Assembly (NCBI GenBank): GCA_964252035.1
Contig: OZ176200.1
Strand: one strand, 5' to 3'
Source of the DNA: Podarcis erhardii
Lineage: Eukaryota
DNA: 64,000 bases
Part shown: piece by piece, positions 1 through 10,518 of the stretch
Numbering within the stretch: the first letter of the stretch is position 1
How the letters are laid out: each line of letters starts with the position of its first letter
Made by a program: the position numbers and the translations under genes
The notes under the pieces: generated by a model
Told to the model about the DNA's origin: nothing
What the model saw: the letters and a program-made list of their open reading frames with translations, nothing else
The model's database searches: none

Positions 1-999
1 GAGCTCAAATTCATAACTTCACTTTAAAAAAATAACATGTTTTTTTAATGGAACAGGATTATTTCAAATGATGTTCTGGGGAGTGAAGGGCAGCTTGTTT
101 TTCTATTATTAAAATAAATTATTAAACATGTGGTATTAAATGCAAGGAATGATCTAACAAAATCAAAGCATTTCTTATTGCATTTTGCCATGTGCTGTGT
201 AAAGAATTCAGCTCATTCTTTACAGTGCATTGCATAATGCTAGTTGACATAAAGCTGGTTTCAAAACACATGATGGCTATCTTACATGTGCCCTTAAATT
301 ATTGATTAACTGGGTTTTTTTGTTTTTTAGTAAAATGTCACCTATTTCTCCATAGAGATTCAACCTGGCTAACAAAACTGAACAGAACAAACCTAATCTC
401 CTTTAAAAAAACAACAACAACCAATATGCATTCAAGTTTATAAATGGACCATTTCCAATTCTGCTTAACAAAAATAACACAGAACTGATCCAGCAAAATA
501 AAAAGAGAAAATATGCAATTAACCAAATTCCATTTTTAAAAGCCAGGTCTTCAGCAACTGCTTGAAGCAGTATAGTTATAGTGCCTAATGGACCTCGCCT
601 GGGAAGGCATACCATAGGAACCACTGCCAGAAACTAACAGGAAGAAGTCATGCAGCAATAATGATGAGAACTAGAGAGGCTACATCAGGTACAAGGTAGA
701 TGTTGTTCAACCCCCAACTCCCATCTGTGTCCATTGGCCATGCTGGCTGAGACTGATGGGAGTTGGAGACCAACATCAGAAGGACCAGTAGGTGTGCATC
801 CCTGGAACAATCCAGATGACTGCATTGCAGCAGCCTGACATGTGAATCTGAGGCATCTGATCAAGGCCTGTATTTTAAAATGAGCTTAAAGATACATTTG
901 CAAATGTTTGTATGTTTCATGTCAGGCAGAAACCAGCTGGCTAAGTACTTTGGCAGTTGTTTATCTTCCTGCTCTCCTGAACAAGGACCCCCCTGATTT

Positions 1000-1961
1000 A
1001 TAGCAGTAGCAGGAGACAAGTTTCTCAAAGTTGTAAAAGGGAATTACAGGCTGGGAGCAAAGGTTACACTGACCCTACATATTACAAAATACAATCAAGC
1101 TGCAAAAACACTAATTAAGAGTTGGTAAATAGTAAGATTTATTGTTTAACAGAAAATAATACCATGTGCCTCTCATCAGACTCTAGCCATATTTTCCTAA
1201 GGTTTAAGGTATACTGAGAGGGTTAAAGGGCAATAAATTTTGGGAAGAGCTAATGGGAAAAGCAGCTGGCTGGGAAAGGGGGGTGTAAACTGAAGAGGCT
1301 TCTTTTGAAGCTGTTTTTTACTGAGTTCCTTTTTACTTTGCAAAGGCCTTTTCTTCTAAAAAGCTATCTATGTTATGTATGAGATTTGTTGGCTTAATGT
1401 AATTAGGCAAAGGATTTAGAAAGTAAGAAATGTTAGATTCTTATGTTAGATTCTTGTTTCATTGATGGTGTGTGAGAATGTGAACCCAAGATCTCTGTTT
1501 AGATAGAATTTAATACCACGAGCCATCTGTTTTAGCCATTTGTTTTGGAATGCAGGGGCAACAGGGCAAAAGGTGATCTGGTAATTAAGGTGCCTTGTCG
1601 AGGCAAATGTAAGATATATGGCTACTTGTCTGCCATTTATGGATAAAAGGAAATATAGCTCTTTGTCTCCCATAAAAGGTAATAGGAAATGGGTGTATCT
1701 TTTATGATTGGTTCTAGCAAACAGCCAATAGGAATTTCAACCAGGCTGATTGGACAGAGGCAGCCAAAGGAGGAGCAAGGGGGCTGGGCTGAGGAAATAT
1801 AAGTGCTGGCCATCAGGGCTGGCAGGGGCAGAGCTTTGGTAACCATATACCACTGTGCCTATGATTTATTTGTCTGACAAATAAATTATTATTTTAATTT
1901 CCCTATTGCTGCGTTGAGTATTTCATTCCAGCTAAGCGTTAACCACAAGCAGGGTGCTACA
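1000..1961 (+). mobile_element. probable solo LTR (ERV/Gypsy-like); 5' boundary uncertain
   Basis: CCAAT motifs (~1707, 1725, 1748), TATA-like GAAATATAAG (~1794-1803), AAATAAA (~1879) and terminal ...GGGTGCTACA at 1961. No TSD identified. Confidence 0.5.
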
Positions 1962-2069
1962 AATCCACCCAGAAACAAACCAGGAAACATAGCTTAATAT
2001 GAATCTGAGCATAAGAATTCAATTGCTCCCTGAGGCCCCCAAGCCCTTCCCCAAGTAAATAACTTCACA

Positions 2070-2459
2070 CTGACACATAATTTTGGTTTAAGTTAATGTG
2101 CAAAATTTAGGCCACAGCTTTATTGATTACAGCAAAGTGAGTGGTATTGGCTTAGGCATTGGCAACAGACTATAACTGATTCCTGCCTCTCTGGCTGGTA
2201 GTCTGAAAGGGTAAACACCAAACGAGGGAGCAACATCGATGAAGATCAACCAAAGCTCACCACAGGGTTCCTGTGGTCCTGTCACACTGCCGCTTTTATA
2301 GGCCCCCACCAATCACGCCACCTGCACTGATTGACTCAAACGGCCTGGTGTGATCAACCTGGCGGGGGTTGTCTCAGGGACCCGGGCGCAACCAGGACCC
2401 TCGTTAAAGAGGATCCCATTTGATTTAGAAGGTCAGGCCTATACGAAACAGAGCTGACA
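2070..2459 (-). mobile_element. probable solo LTR
   Basis: The minus strand begins TGTCAGCTC (2459), has ATTGG then CTATAAAA (~2295-2312) and AATAAAGCTGTGGCC (~2110-2124). It is CpG-richer than the flanks. The 3' end is approximate. Confidence 0.5.
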
Positions 2460-3034
2460 CTGTAAGCTAAACCAAAACTAGGAATTGGCATTTTTAGTGA
2501 TTTGGATATAATATCATTTGGCATAGGATGGATTAGCATGTACACAGGCATTCTACTTATGTGCAATGTTAGACTTGTTAAGAATATTTCCAGTTAAAGC
2601 TAGAATTTTAGAAAATGTTTGCTTATTAAGGCTATACACTAGAGGCGGGGAACATTTTTAGCCAGCTCTGTCTGACAGGTGGGCAGGGTAACTGACACCA
2701 TAAACTGGACACTTTTTCCAAAGAACAGCAGAAATGCTTATCAGGCACAAACAGCTCCATCTGGGAGGACACTAGTCATAGACATGCTGAATGCATGGAC
2801 AACAAAGATTGTATGCCATGTTTCAATCTTGAGTGAGGGCTGAGGGGGAGGTGCAATATTTGGATGTCAATGTCCAGGACAGTGTTTGATGTCAACACTC
2901 TTCCGATGAATTGGGACAGAGTTTTGGAATGCAGAAGGCACTATCTGAGGAAGTGGTCTTAGAGAAGCCTCCATCAGCAAACAGCACACTCTCAAGCAAT
3001 TGGTCACCCCTTGCCTGAAAATGACAATGACAAT

Positions 3035-3072
3035 GAATGCATGAATGCATGAATGAATGAATGAATGAATGA
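3035..3072. repeat. (ATGA)n microsatellite, possibly the tail of a minus-strand LINE
   Basis: Direct reading; on the minus strand AATAAAGTTTG precedes (TTCA)n. Confidence 0.8.
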
Positions 3073-4326
3073 AACAAACTTTATTTGCGTCGGCCATCAG
3101 CCATAGCAACAAAAGAACATTGCGGTATACACAGAACAAAATAAACAGTCAATTATATAAAACACAGGTTAGAGTCCTACATCAGCAGTCAAATATTGGA
3201 CCTTATTCTTATATAACTATGAATGTTTAGGACAGCTTATTATACATGTATAACTAGCTATGCATGTGCTTTAATAAGTGTTACAGAAATGGTGCCTAAT
3301 TGCAATTAGTTGACCTGTCTCTCATTACATGATTTAGAACCCTAGAAGACCAGGATCTAAACTACAAAGGAGGCTCCCTGCTTCAGACATTCTCTCTACA
3401 ACTCATGCACAGGAAACAGCATAGGGTGTTCATCCCTGCTCAGATGTTGTTTTTACACATGAGTAGAATGCCTAAATACTTCTCTTATAAACAGCACAAT
3501 CTTAGGTGTAGTTACTCTGCAATATGTTCCCCTGTGTTCAGAGGAGCTTACTAGCATATATGTGCTTACAGAATTGTAGCCTAAATATATTTTTCTTTTA
3601 AAGAGAGAGAGAGAAACTAGATTGTGAATTAGGGCTGTGCACTATACTCCAGAGACAGCTGATGTGATTTTAGTTTTAGTTCTTAAAAAATTTAGACAGA
3701 GCCCAAAAAGGAAAGAGCTCCATTATGGCCTTTACACTGCACTCCAATTTTCTCTAAAATGTCATACTGGTTATTATTTTATTTATGCCATTTTGTGTTG
3801 AAAATTGAAAAGGAACCCCATCCCACCTATAAAAGCATCCAGAGCTGCTTAAAAATGTCTTTTTAATGTTTTATGATCTAACTTTCTAACTAGATACTAC
3901 TTAAAGTTCCGAACAGGTAAGCTCAGGCCATTGCATTTAGTTATTAGAACTTCTTTTCCTCTTCATGCAAGAAAGGCAGAATCTAGAGGAAGAGTCTTAA
4001 TGTTGCCAGATGTTCATGAAGACAGAAATCCTCTAGTCTGAAAAAGTTCACAGAGAGGAGAAATACAGCTCAACTGCAACCATAATCATCTTTCTGCTGT
4101 CTACACCTACCTTTACCTTGCAGAATGTGGTGCTCATCTAGAGTCATTGTCTATATGACTAGAGTGACCAGATTCAAAGGAAGACATTTGCACCTGCACC
4201 TTTGCTCATTGTGCAGAAGAAGCAATATCATCAGGCCCAGCTTTTTCCTCTAACACTACACAACAATCTCTTCTCTCTATACACAACGATGACAAAACAC
4301 TCCATTATGCTGAATTAGAAGAGGTT

Positions 4327-4467
4327 CCATTGCTCATTGGAGGTTTTAAAGAAGACATAGCATGGCCACCTGTCACAAATGCTTTGGTTGTGATTCCTGT
4401 ATTGCAGGGCATTGAATTAGGTGATGCTTGGGGTCCCTTCTAACTCTACAATTCTATTATTTTATGA
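4327..4467 (+). mobile_element. CR1 LINE 3' end fragment
   Basis: GGGGTCCCTTCTAACTCTACAATTCTATTATTTTATGA resembles the CR1 terminus with an (ATTCTATG)n tail. Confidence 0.75.
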
Positions 4468-4884
4468 TGGGTTTGGGTCCTACCCTGTGGAATAGGAGAG
4501 AAGAGAGATGCTAAGATCTAAACTCTGCTCTGAACGGGTGGGTTGGGATGATGAGCAGCCGCAAGAAGCAAGAGAATGAAACTGAATTTCTCTTGGGGGA
4601 TTGGAGTTACTCCCTGTCGTAAACTCCTTGAGCAATCAGGAAGCCTGTCAGCACAGCATCAGCTGGTTTAAATAGAATCTGAGATAATGTCCTGGTCCTT
4701 CACAGGCTCATAAGTAGAGAGGAGTGGACTGTGAAATGGAAACAGCATCCAATAAACCTCCACACAGAAACAGACATGCACAAATTTAAGAAGTGTGGCA
4801 AAGGGAAGAAATGCAGTTTTGTTTGCATTAGAATGCAGACTTCTTTAACTTGCCCTTCCCGAATCAATCTGTGGACTAAAACAC

Positions 4885-5160
4885 AGCTATCATTTGACAT
4901 TCACACATTTTGTAATGCAGTTCTCCAACAAACAGTGTGTACAAAAATGCATAAATGAAGGGAAAAGGTGTGTACACTGATGAATACACAAAAATGCATC
5001 GTATTTGGATAAATTGCTTGCAAAATAGGTGCATTAGCCAAAACTCCATACCAAAATGCTGACAAATTTTCATGACCATTCTTTTAAAAAAAGAAATAAA
5101 TAAATTACTAACTGGAAATGGGGTGAAATGATCAGAAAAACTGAAAACTGAAGATATTTC
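4885..5160 (-). repeat. unclassified AT-rich dispersed repeat (copy 1 of 3)
   Basis: The reverse complement is similar to 39510-39800 (GGAGAACTGCAT...AAAAT, TTTTTGTACA, TGCATTTTT motifs). Confidence 0.55.
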
Positions 5161-6602
5161 CCCAATTTTAAGACTCTGTGTTCCAGTGTACTCTTCTTTG
5201 CTTATAATTTCTCCTGAAGTTCATGAAACATTTCCCCAAGGGATTTATGACTGTGATGATATTATTATTATTATCATTATCATCCTTATTGAAGATGTTG
5301 CCTTGGTTTTCCTCCATTAAAAAAAAAATGTTCAAGGGTTCTCACATACTAATGTACATACAATATGATAAAAATAAACAGGAGATTAAAACGCTGCATA
5401 AAATAACCCAACAGCAAGCAGTAGGATTCAGTCAAATGCTGGGAAAGCTGTCAGCAGATAAAAATCATGAAGATGTTCTTAGCCAATTTCCCCAGGCAGA
5501 CATTCTATAAAGTGGGCACCACTGCAGAAATTGCCCTGCTTAGACAGATGATATGTTATTGTTCTGCTTTGTAAAGAACACTTTGTTATTCAATGGTCAC
5601 ATATTCTTATTGAAAATTGTGAGACGTGGGAGTGTTCTCTGAATATATTATAAAAGTATGCTAATGCTCATTGTTCCCCATTATGTTGTCCAAACGCCAT
5701 GTCACTGTTCCCACTGTGAGCCATCCACTCTCCATATTCTCTCTCCTTCCTCTTTCCATAGACAAATATTTCCGTGTGTGTTTAGGTATGAATATGTAAA
5801 TGGTCCCTTTCTGATAATTAGGCTGCTTACTGTGGACAGTAAGCCCAGATGAACACAGTGGTACTTAACTTCTGAGTGCGCCTGCAGAGGACTGCACTGC
5901 ATAACAGATAACATTGAGTTTATGGCGTTAGTACTTAGTTCTTAGTGAAACAAAGCACATTTCTGTGGAAATAATCTCCATTTAATTTTTCCTTGAAGGA
6001 AAAGCCACAGTGTATGGTCAGATGCAGTGCTATACAGTATTCCAAGTCTGGATTCTAGTCTTGCACCATTTTCCTATCCAAAACCCTCCTCTCCAATTAC
6101 ACTTTGCCTTCGTGTTCAATGCAACTAACTTTTGGGTAGGATTGTCTTTTTAAAAAAATAATAATATTTATTAACATTTTAAAGACTACAAAAGAAAGAA
6201 AAAGAGTTAAACAAAACAATACAATACAATACAAAAACACCACACAACACCACACAACACCAACACCATAATATTAAATTAACAAAACAAAATAAACACA
6301 ATTTAAAACACATCCAATAATTTCATTATCTTGTCTTTCATTCCCTTGTTTCAACGACCTCCTCACACCTCCCTTTTTGTATTCCACTTTAATTAACTGT
6401 TTCAGCAATTCCTTTCCATCTTCCTCTGTTTTCTGTCCTGTAATTTATCTTAACATATTCTAACCTTATTTTTTTCCTTTAATATATAATTGTCTTAACA
6501 TATTTTAACCTTATTTTCCCTTTAATACTCTAATAATCTATTTGTACTTAATTCCTTATAACATCTCTACTAAAGCCATATAACTCCTTTCCAACATTTT
6601 CC

Positions 6603-6735
6603 TAACACTCATTAATTTTACAATATTTTTATAAATAGTCTTTAAACTTTTTCCAATCTTCTTCCACCGACTCTTCTCCCTGGTCTCGGATTCTGCCAGT
6701 CATATCCGCCAATTCCATATAGTTCCATCAACCTG
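6603..6735 (-). pseudogene. C-terminal ~45 codons of L1/Tx1 ORF2
   Basis: Translates as YMELADMTGRIRDQGEESVEEDWKKFKDYL*KYCKINEC*, homologous to YAELDRLTGRIRNRRDQRFTEDWNKFTEYIKNIC in the ORF2 fragment at 58520-58891. Confidence 0.8.
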
Positions 6736-7531
6736 GTGATCTTCTGTCCGATGCTCTTAACTCTTTTCCAAGTCCCTTCTGCGAGTCTTTTTCATATTTA
6801 TACTTGAACTTTACTTTGTCTTCCACTGATCTTATTTTTATTTTCCTTCCTTTGAAGCTAAAGAGTAAATCTCGGGGAAACTCCCACCTAAAGATGATTT
6901 TATTCCTTCTCGACAGGGCAACCAAATCTCCGTAGTTAAATCTAAAATCCAAAAGGTATTTCAGAACGTCTTTCAAAATTTCCACTCTTAACTGTTGTTC
7001 TTCTAAGTTCTTCTGGTAGTTCCAACAGTCTCTTATTTTGTTCTTCTCTTTTTTCCCTCCTCTTCCAAGTCCAAAGGCCCTCACAGTTTTAATCTCTTCT
7101 TGACCCAAATCTCGGTCCCAAAAATCATCAAATTCCTGTGTGGGGAAATCTATCAAACTTTCCTTCTCGAGTTCAGGTAGGGTTCTGATCCTCAAAATCT
7201 GATTTTCTTTAGATTCAATCATAGCAGGCATCAACTTCATAGCAGGCATCAACTTATGGTCATCAAATTGCATCTGTAAGGCTGGGACTCTCTCTCTCTC
7301 CAATTGTGTTACTTTAGGTTCAACGGCAGTAACTTTCTCCCTAGCCTTCTCTGCAGTTTGCCATGTCAAAGTAGATTCCTGTATCGATTTCTGAATAGTT
7401 TCTGTATTTGTGTTCACTTTTTGTCCCAAATTATCGATTTTGGTAGTTACCACATCCACCTTTTTGTGAAGCTGTTCCAGTGAGTCACTTATCTTACATA
7501 ATAAAACCACTAAGGCCTCTTCTGTCGACAT
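6728..7531 (-). CDS. L1-type ORF1p-like protein (coiled coil + RRM/CTD-like), 267 aa from ATG MSTEE...
   Basis: Heptad-rich N-terminus (LEQLHKKVDVVTTKIDNLGQKVNTNTETIQ) and a C-terminal IIFRWEFPRDLLFSFKG motif like vertebrate L1 ORF1p. The true ATG at 7531 is supported by an aligned ATG in the nested relative; the track start at 7546 is a non-ATG extension. Confidence 0.7.
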   Translation of the reverse strand: MSTEEALVVLLCKISDSLEQLHKKVDVVTTKIDNLGQKVNTNTETIQKSIQESTLTWQTAEKAREKVTAVEPKVTQLERERVPALQMQFDDHKLMPAMKLMPAMIESKENQILRIRTLPELEKESLIDFPTQEFDDFWDRDLGQEEIKTVRAFGLGRGGKKEKNKIRDCWNYQKNLEEQQLRVEILKDVLKYLLDFRFNYGDLVALSRRNKIIFRWEFPRDLLFSFKGRKIKIRSVEDKVKFKYKYEKDSQKGLGKELRASDRRSPG

Positions 7532-8100
7532 TCTCAACCGATTCAAGGTCCCCAGAATCTCACAGCTTTTTATCTTGCAGCTGGAAATCCCCCCAGCTCA
7601 ACTCTTGTAACAGTTTCAAAGGCTTCCTCTAGAGGGAAACAGTTTCTATTTGTATTAGTCCTTTTAAACTCAATTCAAACAATAAAGTTAGTTTCAATTT
7701 TCTGTTACTTTTACTCCTTTTTAAACGCAGACGGAGACAGTGGAAACAATGTATTCCTTATTTAACTAACTGTCAGTGAACGTTCTAATCACGATCAATA
7801 AGCATTCCAGAACACGTCAGTCCTGTTGGCAGCCCGTTTCCAGGATCGGAGCGGTGGTATTTTAACTCTGTTCGCTCTCTCCTGCAGGTATACTCAGTCC
7901 AAAACTTCCCCCCCCTTCTCCTGCCACCAAGGGGAGGGTTAGTATTTTTTGCTGATGGGAATTTAGTCCTTTACAATAGGCTTTCCGAGGCTTCAGCTTG
8001 CATCCTCATTGCTTCAATCTATTTACAAAAGGGGAAGGTGGACTTCCTGTTTTAGACCTCCCCGTTTCGACACCAAATGAAGATGTTTTTTAAAAAATCC

Positions 8101-9311
8101 GGGACTTCCGGGTTAGCGCCATCGGCAATGGCGGAATTCCCCTGATCCAGAGGAACCTGTTCCGCGAAAATTGGGTCTTGCCACTGCGGCGAAGGCGGAG
8201 ACCCTTTAAAAATCCCAGGCGGAGGAAGCCTGGGAACGTGGGATTCGGCTGACACCAGGAACGCCCCCCCTACACGCAAGGAAACCCCTTTTTCGGGGAC
8301 CTGAAGCGACGTGGGGTGAGCGGCACAGTGTTTTGAATCGACCGCTATTTTTACAGAGTGAAGCTGCACAGCCGTTGCCGGAGAGCGCTGACTTTTTCCT
8401 GGGGACAATTGGACTCTAAACAAGTACCCGTGAGTAGAACGGAAAATTGGGCTAAGAAACACTTTAATTTGGCACTCAGCGGGAAGGTTCTAAACAGGAA
8501 GTCCGCCTTCCGCTTTTGTAAATAGTCTGAAGCAAAAATTGTGCAAGCCAAAGTCTGGAAAGTTGTACATAAAGGTTTTTAATTCCTCCTGTTTTGATCA
8601 TCTAAACCCCTCTTGGAAGCAGGAGTAAAGAGGGGAAATTTGATTGTTCAAGCCTGCAGGAGAGAGAGTAAAGAAAGATAAATTTCCACCGTCTCAGACC
8701 TGGGAACGGGGTGTCAGGGACGGAGATTTTTGGTGAAGTTCATTGACTATGAATGGAACATCTTTTGACAGTTAGTTGAAGAAGAGAAACAAATTGATTC
8801 CAATGTTGCCTTTTGCATTTAAAAGAAACAAAAAATCAGAAAAATGAAAGTAATTTTTCTTTGTTGGATCTGCTTTTAAAAGATGGATACAAATAGAAAT
8901 TGCCTCCTCTAGAGGGAGCTTGTTAAATTGTTGCTGGAGTCGTTCTGGGGATTTTGCAGCTGTGGAGATTAGGATCGTGGGACCAGACTGTGACCTTGAA
9001 CAAAAATGTATTTGGAAGAAGTTTTGGTGCTTGCTTTTTGCAAGACAAGCACTTTGTTGGAGCAGATGCATGAGAAGATGGATTTGATGACCGTTGCAGT
9101 CAGAAACTTTGGAAGATATGGAATATTGTGTTTTTATTGTTATTGTTGTATTGATTTTTAGGGGGGTTTTTTCTTTTTTTCTTTTTTTTCTTTTTTCCCT
9201 TTTTTAAGTATTGTTATATATGCTTTGAAAATTTTTTGTTGTTGTTGCTTTCTTCTTTTTTCTTTCTCTGTAATTTTTGAAACTTCTAATAAATATCATT
9301 TAAAAAAAAAA
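8101..9311 (+). mobile_element. 1.2-kb non-autonomous L1 derivative (5'UTR + ~37 ORF1 codons + 3' tail + polyA)
   Basis: Starts GGGACTTCCGGGTT and is colinear with the outer element's 5'UTR. ATG at 9006 gives MYLEEVLVLAFCKTSTLLEQMHEKMDL, matching MSTEEALVVLLCKISDSLEQLHKKVDV. AATAAA is followed by an A10 tail. It is flanked by AAGATGTTTTTTAAAAAATCC (8080-8100) and AAGATGTTTAAAAATCC (9310-9326). Confidence 0.8.
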
Positions 9312-9757
9312 GATGTTTAAAAATCCAATTCTCCACTCTACTCACAGGTAGTTGCTTTAAGATCAAATTGTCGACAGGAAAAAGTCAGCGCACTCCGGCA
9401 ACAGCTATGCGGCTTCGCTCCGTGGAAGAAACAGTCAATTCGAAGCACCGCGCCGCTCACCCCACGTCGCTCCGGATCCCCGAAACCGGGTTTCCCCGCA
9501 AGTAGGGGAGGCGCAAAAGGTGCCAGCTGAATCCCACGTTCACAGGCTTCACCCGCCTGTGATTTTTAGTGGGTCTCCGCCTTTGCCGTGGCGGCCAGAC
9601 CCAGATTTCCACGAGGCAAATTCCTCCCGATCAGAGGAATTCAGCCATTGCCGGAGGCACCAACCCGGAAGTCTAAAGGATTGCATTGTCACTGATTTTT
9701 CTGAACATCACTTGGAAATCCTAGCTGAAAGGCAGCATAGAAATATTTTAAAATAAA

Positions 9758-9965
9758 CTAGGGCAGCACCCCCTGCTCACAGAGCTCGCCAAGCCCCCTT
9801 ACCTGCCACTCGCTCCCTTTACATCCTGCTCAACCCCCTTCCTTTACACCTCACCAAACTCCCCCAGCCCCTCCCCTTACATATCTCAACCCCCTCCCCT
9901 ACACATCACCCAAACTGCACTCCCCATTCACTTGCAAATTGGCCAAACCATGCCCCACTTCCCAT
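9758..9965. repeat. C-rich degenerate repeat; terminus shared with 57330-57362
   Basis: TAGGGCAGCACCCCCTGCTCAC is the reverse complement of GTGAGCAGGGGTGCAGCCCCTA (near 57362), followed by imperfect CCCCTTACAC units. Confidence 0.4.
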
Positions 9966-10045
9966 GCAGATCTGCCAGTTCTCTCTATTGCCCCTCCTGA
10001 AGAGCGCAGAGCCTCATCAAGGAAGGGCTAAGGCTTTGAGCACCC

Positions 10046-10518
10046 TGTGGGACAGACCGAGAAGGAGGCGAAGCTGGAATCAGTGAGGCAAGACACAGCC
10101 TTGCCATCAAGAACCAGGCACCACTTCCTTAAGTGGGATCAGACACACCAGCTCAGGTGTGTGTTTCAATGTGTGGTGGACCCATCGGGTAAGAGAGTCT
10201 TGGAAATAAACTTGCCCTGCCTCATCTTTAACAGCTTGGCCCCCACAAAGTTGATGGGCATTCCCATTCAAATAGTGTGTGTGCACTGCGTCATGTGAAC
10301 AGTTATGTGGAGAGAGGCATACCTGGGCTTCCACAAGTTGGCTTATCCAAGTTGGCACCCCTGTCTGCATCTACTGCTTTGCTTGCATACCTAGGAATCA
10401 TGATTCCTGGATTCAGTGCTTCCTGCTGAGCTTATCCTGTTAGTAGCCTGAATAAAAACCTCTGCCTTACTCTCAAGTATGAGCAGCTGTCATTGTGTTT
10501 CGGGATGGCAGCATGACA
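10046..10518 (+). mobile_element. possible solo LTR
   Basis: TGTGGGACAG...CATGACA termini, AATAAAA at ~10451, and a purine-rich start like the other LTRs here. No TSD found. Confidence 0.4.

Larger units (their letters stand above)
6147..9673 (-). mobile_element. internally deleted L1/Tx1-type element (5'UTR + ORF1 + ORF2 C-terminal tip + 3'UTR/polyA), interrupted by a nested relative at 8101-9311
   Basis: The 5' end GACTTCCGGG is at 9673. The CpG-rich 5'UTR continues colinearly across the insert. ORF1 is at 7531-6728 and the ORF2 tip at ~6735-6603. AATAAA is at 6172-6167 with a short A tail at 6151-6147. Confidence 0.8.

Noticed and set aside
6139-9690. TSD for the outer L1 derivative (GGATTGTC vs GGATTGCATTGTC)
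   Set aside because: The match is only partial and offset from the 5' end, so it is not accepted as a TSD.
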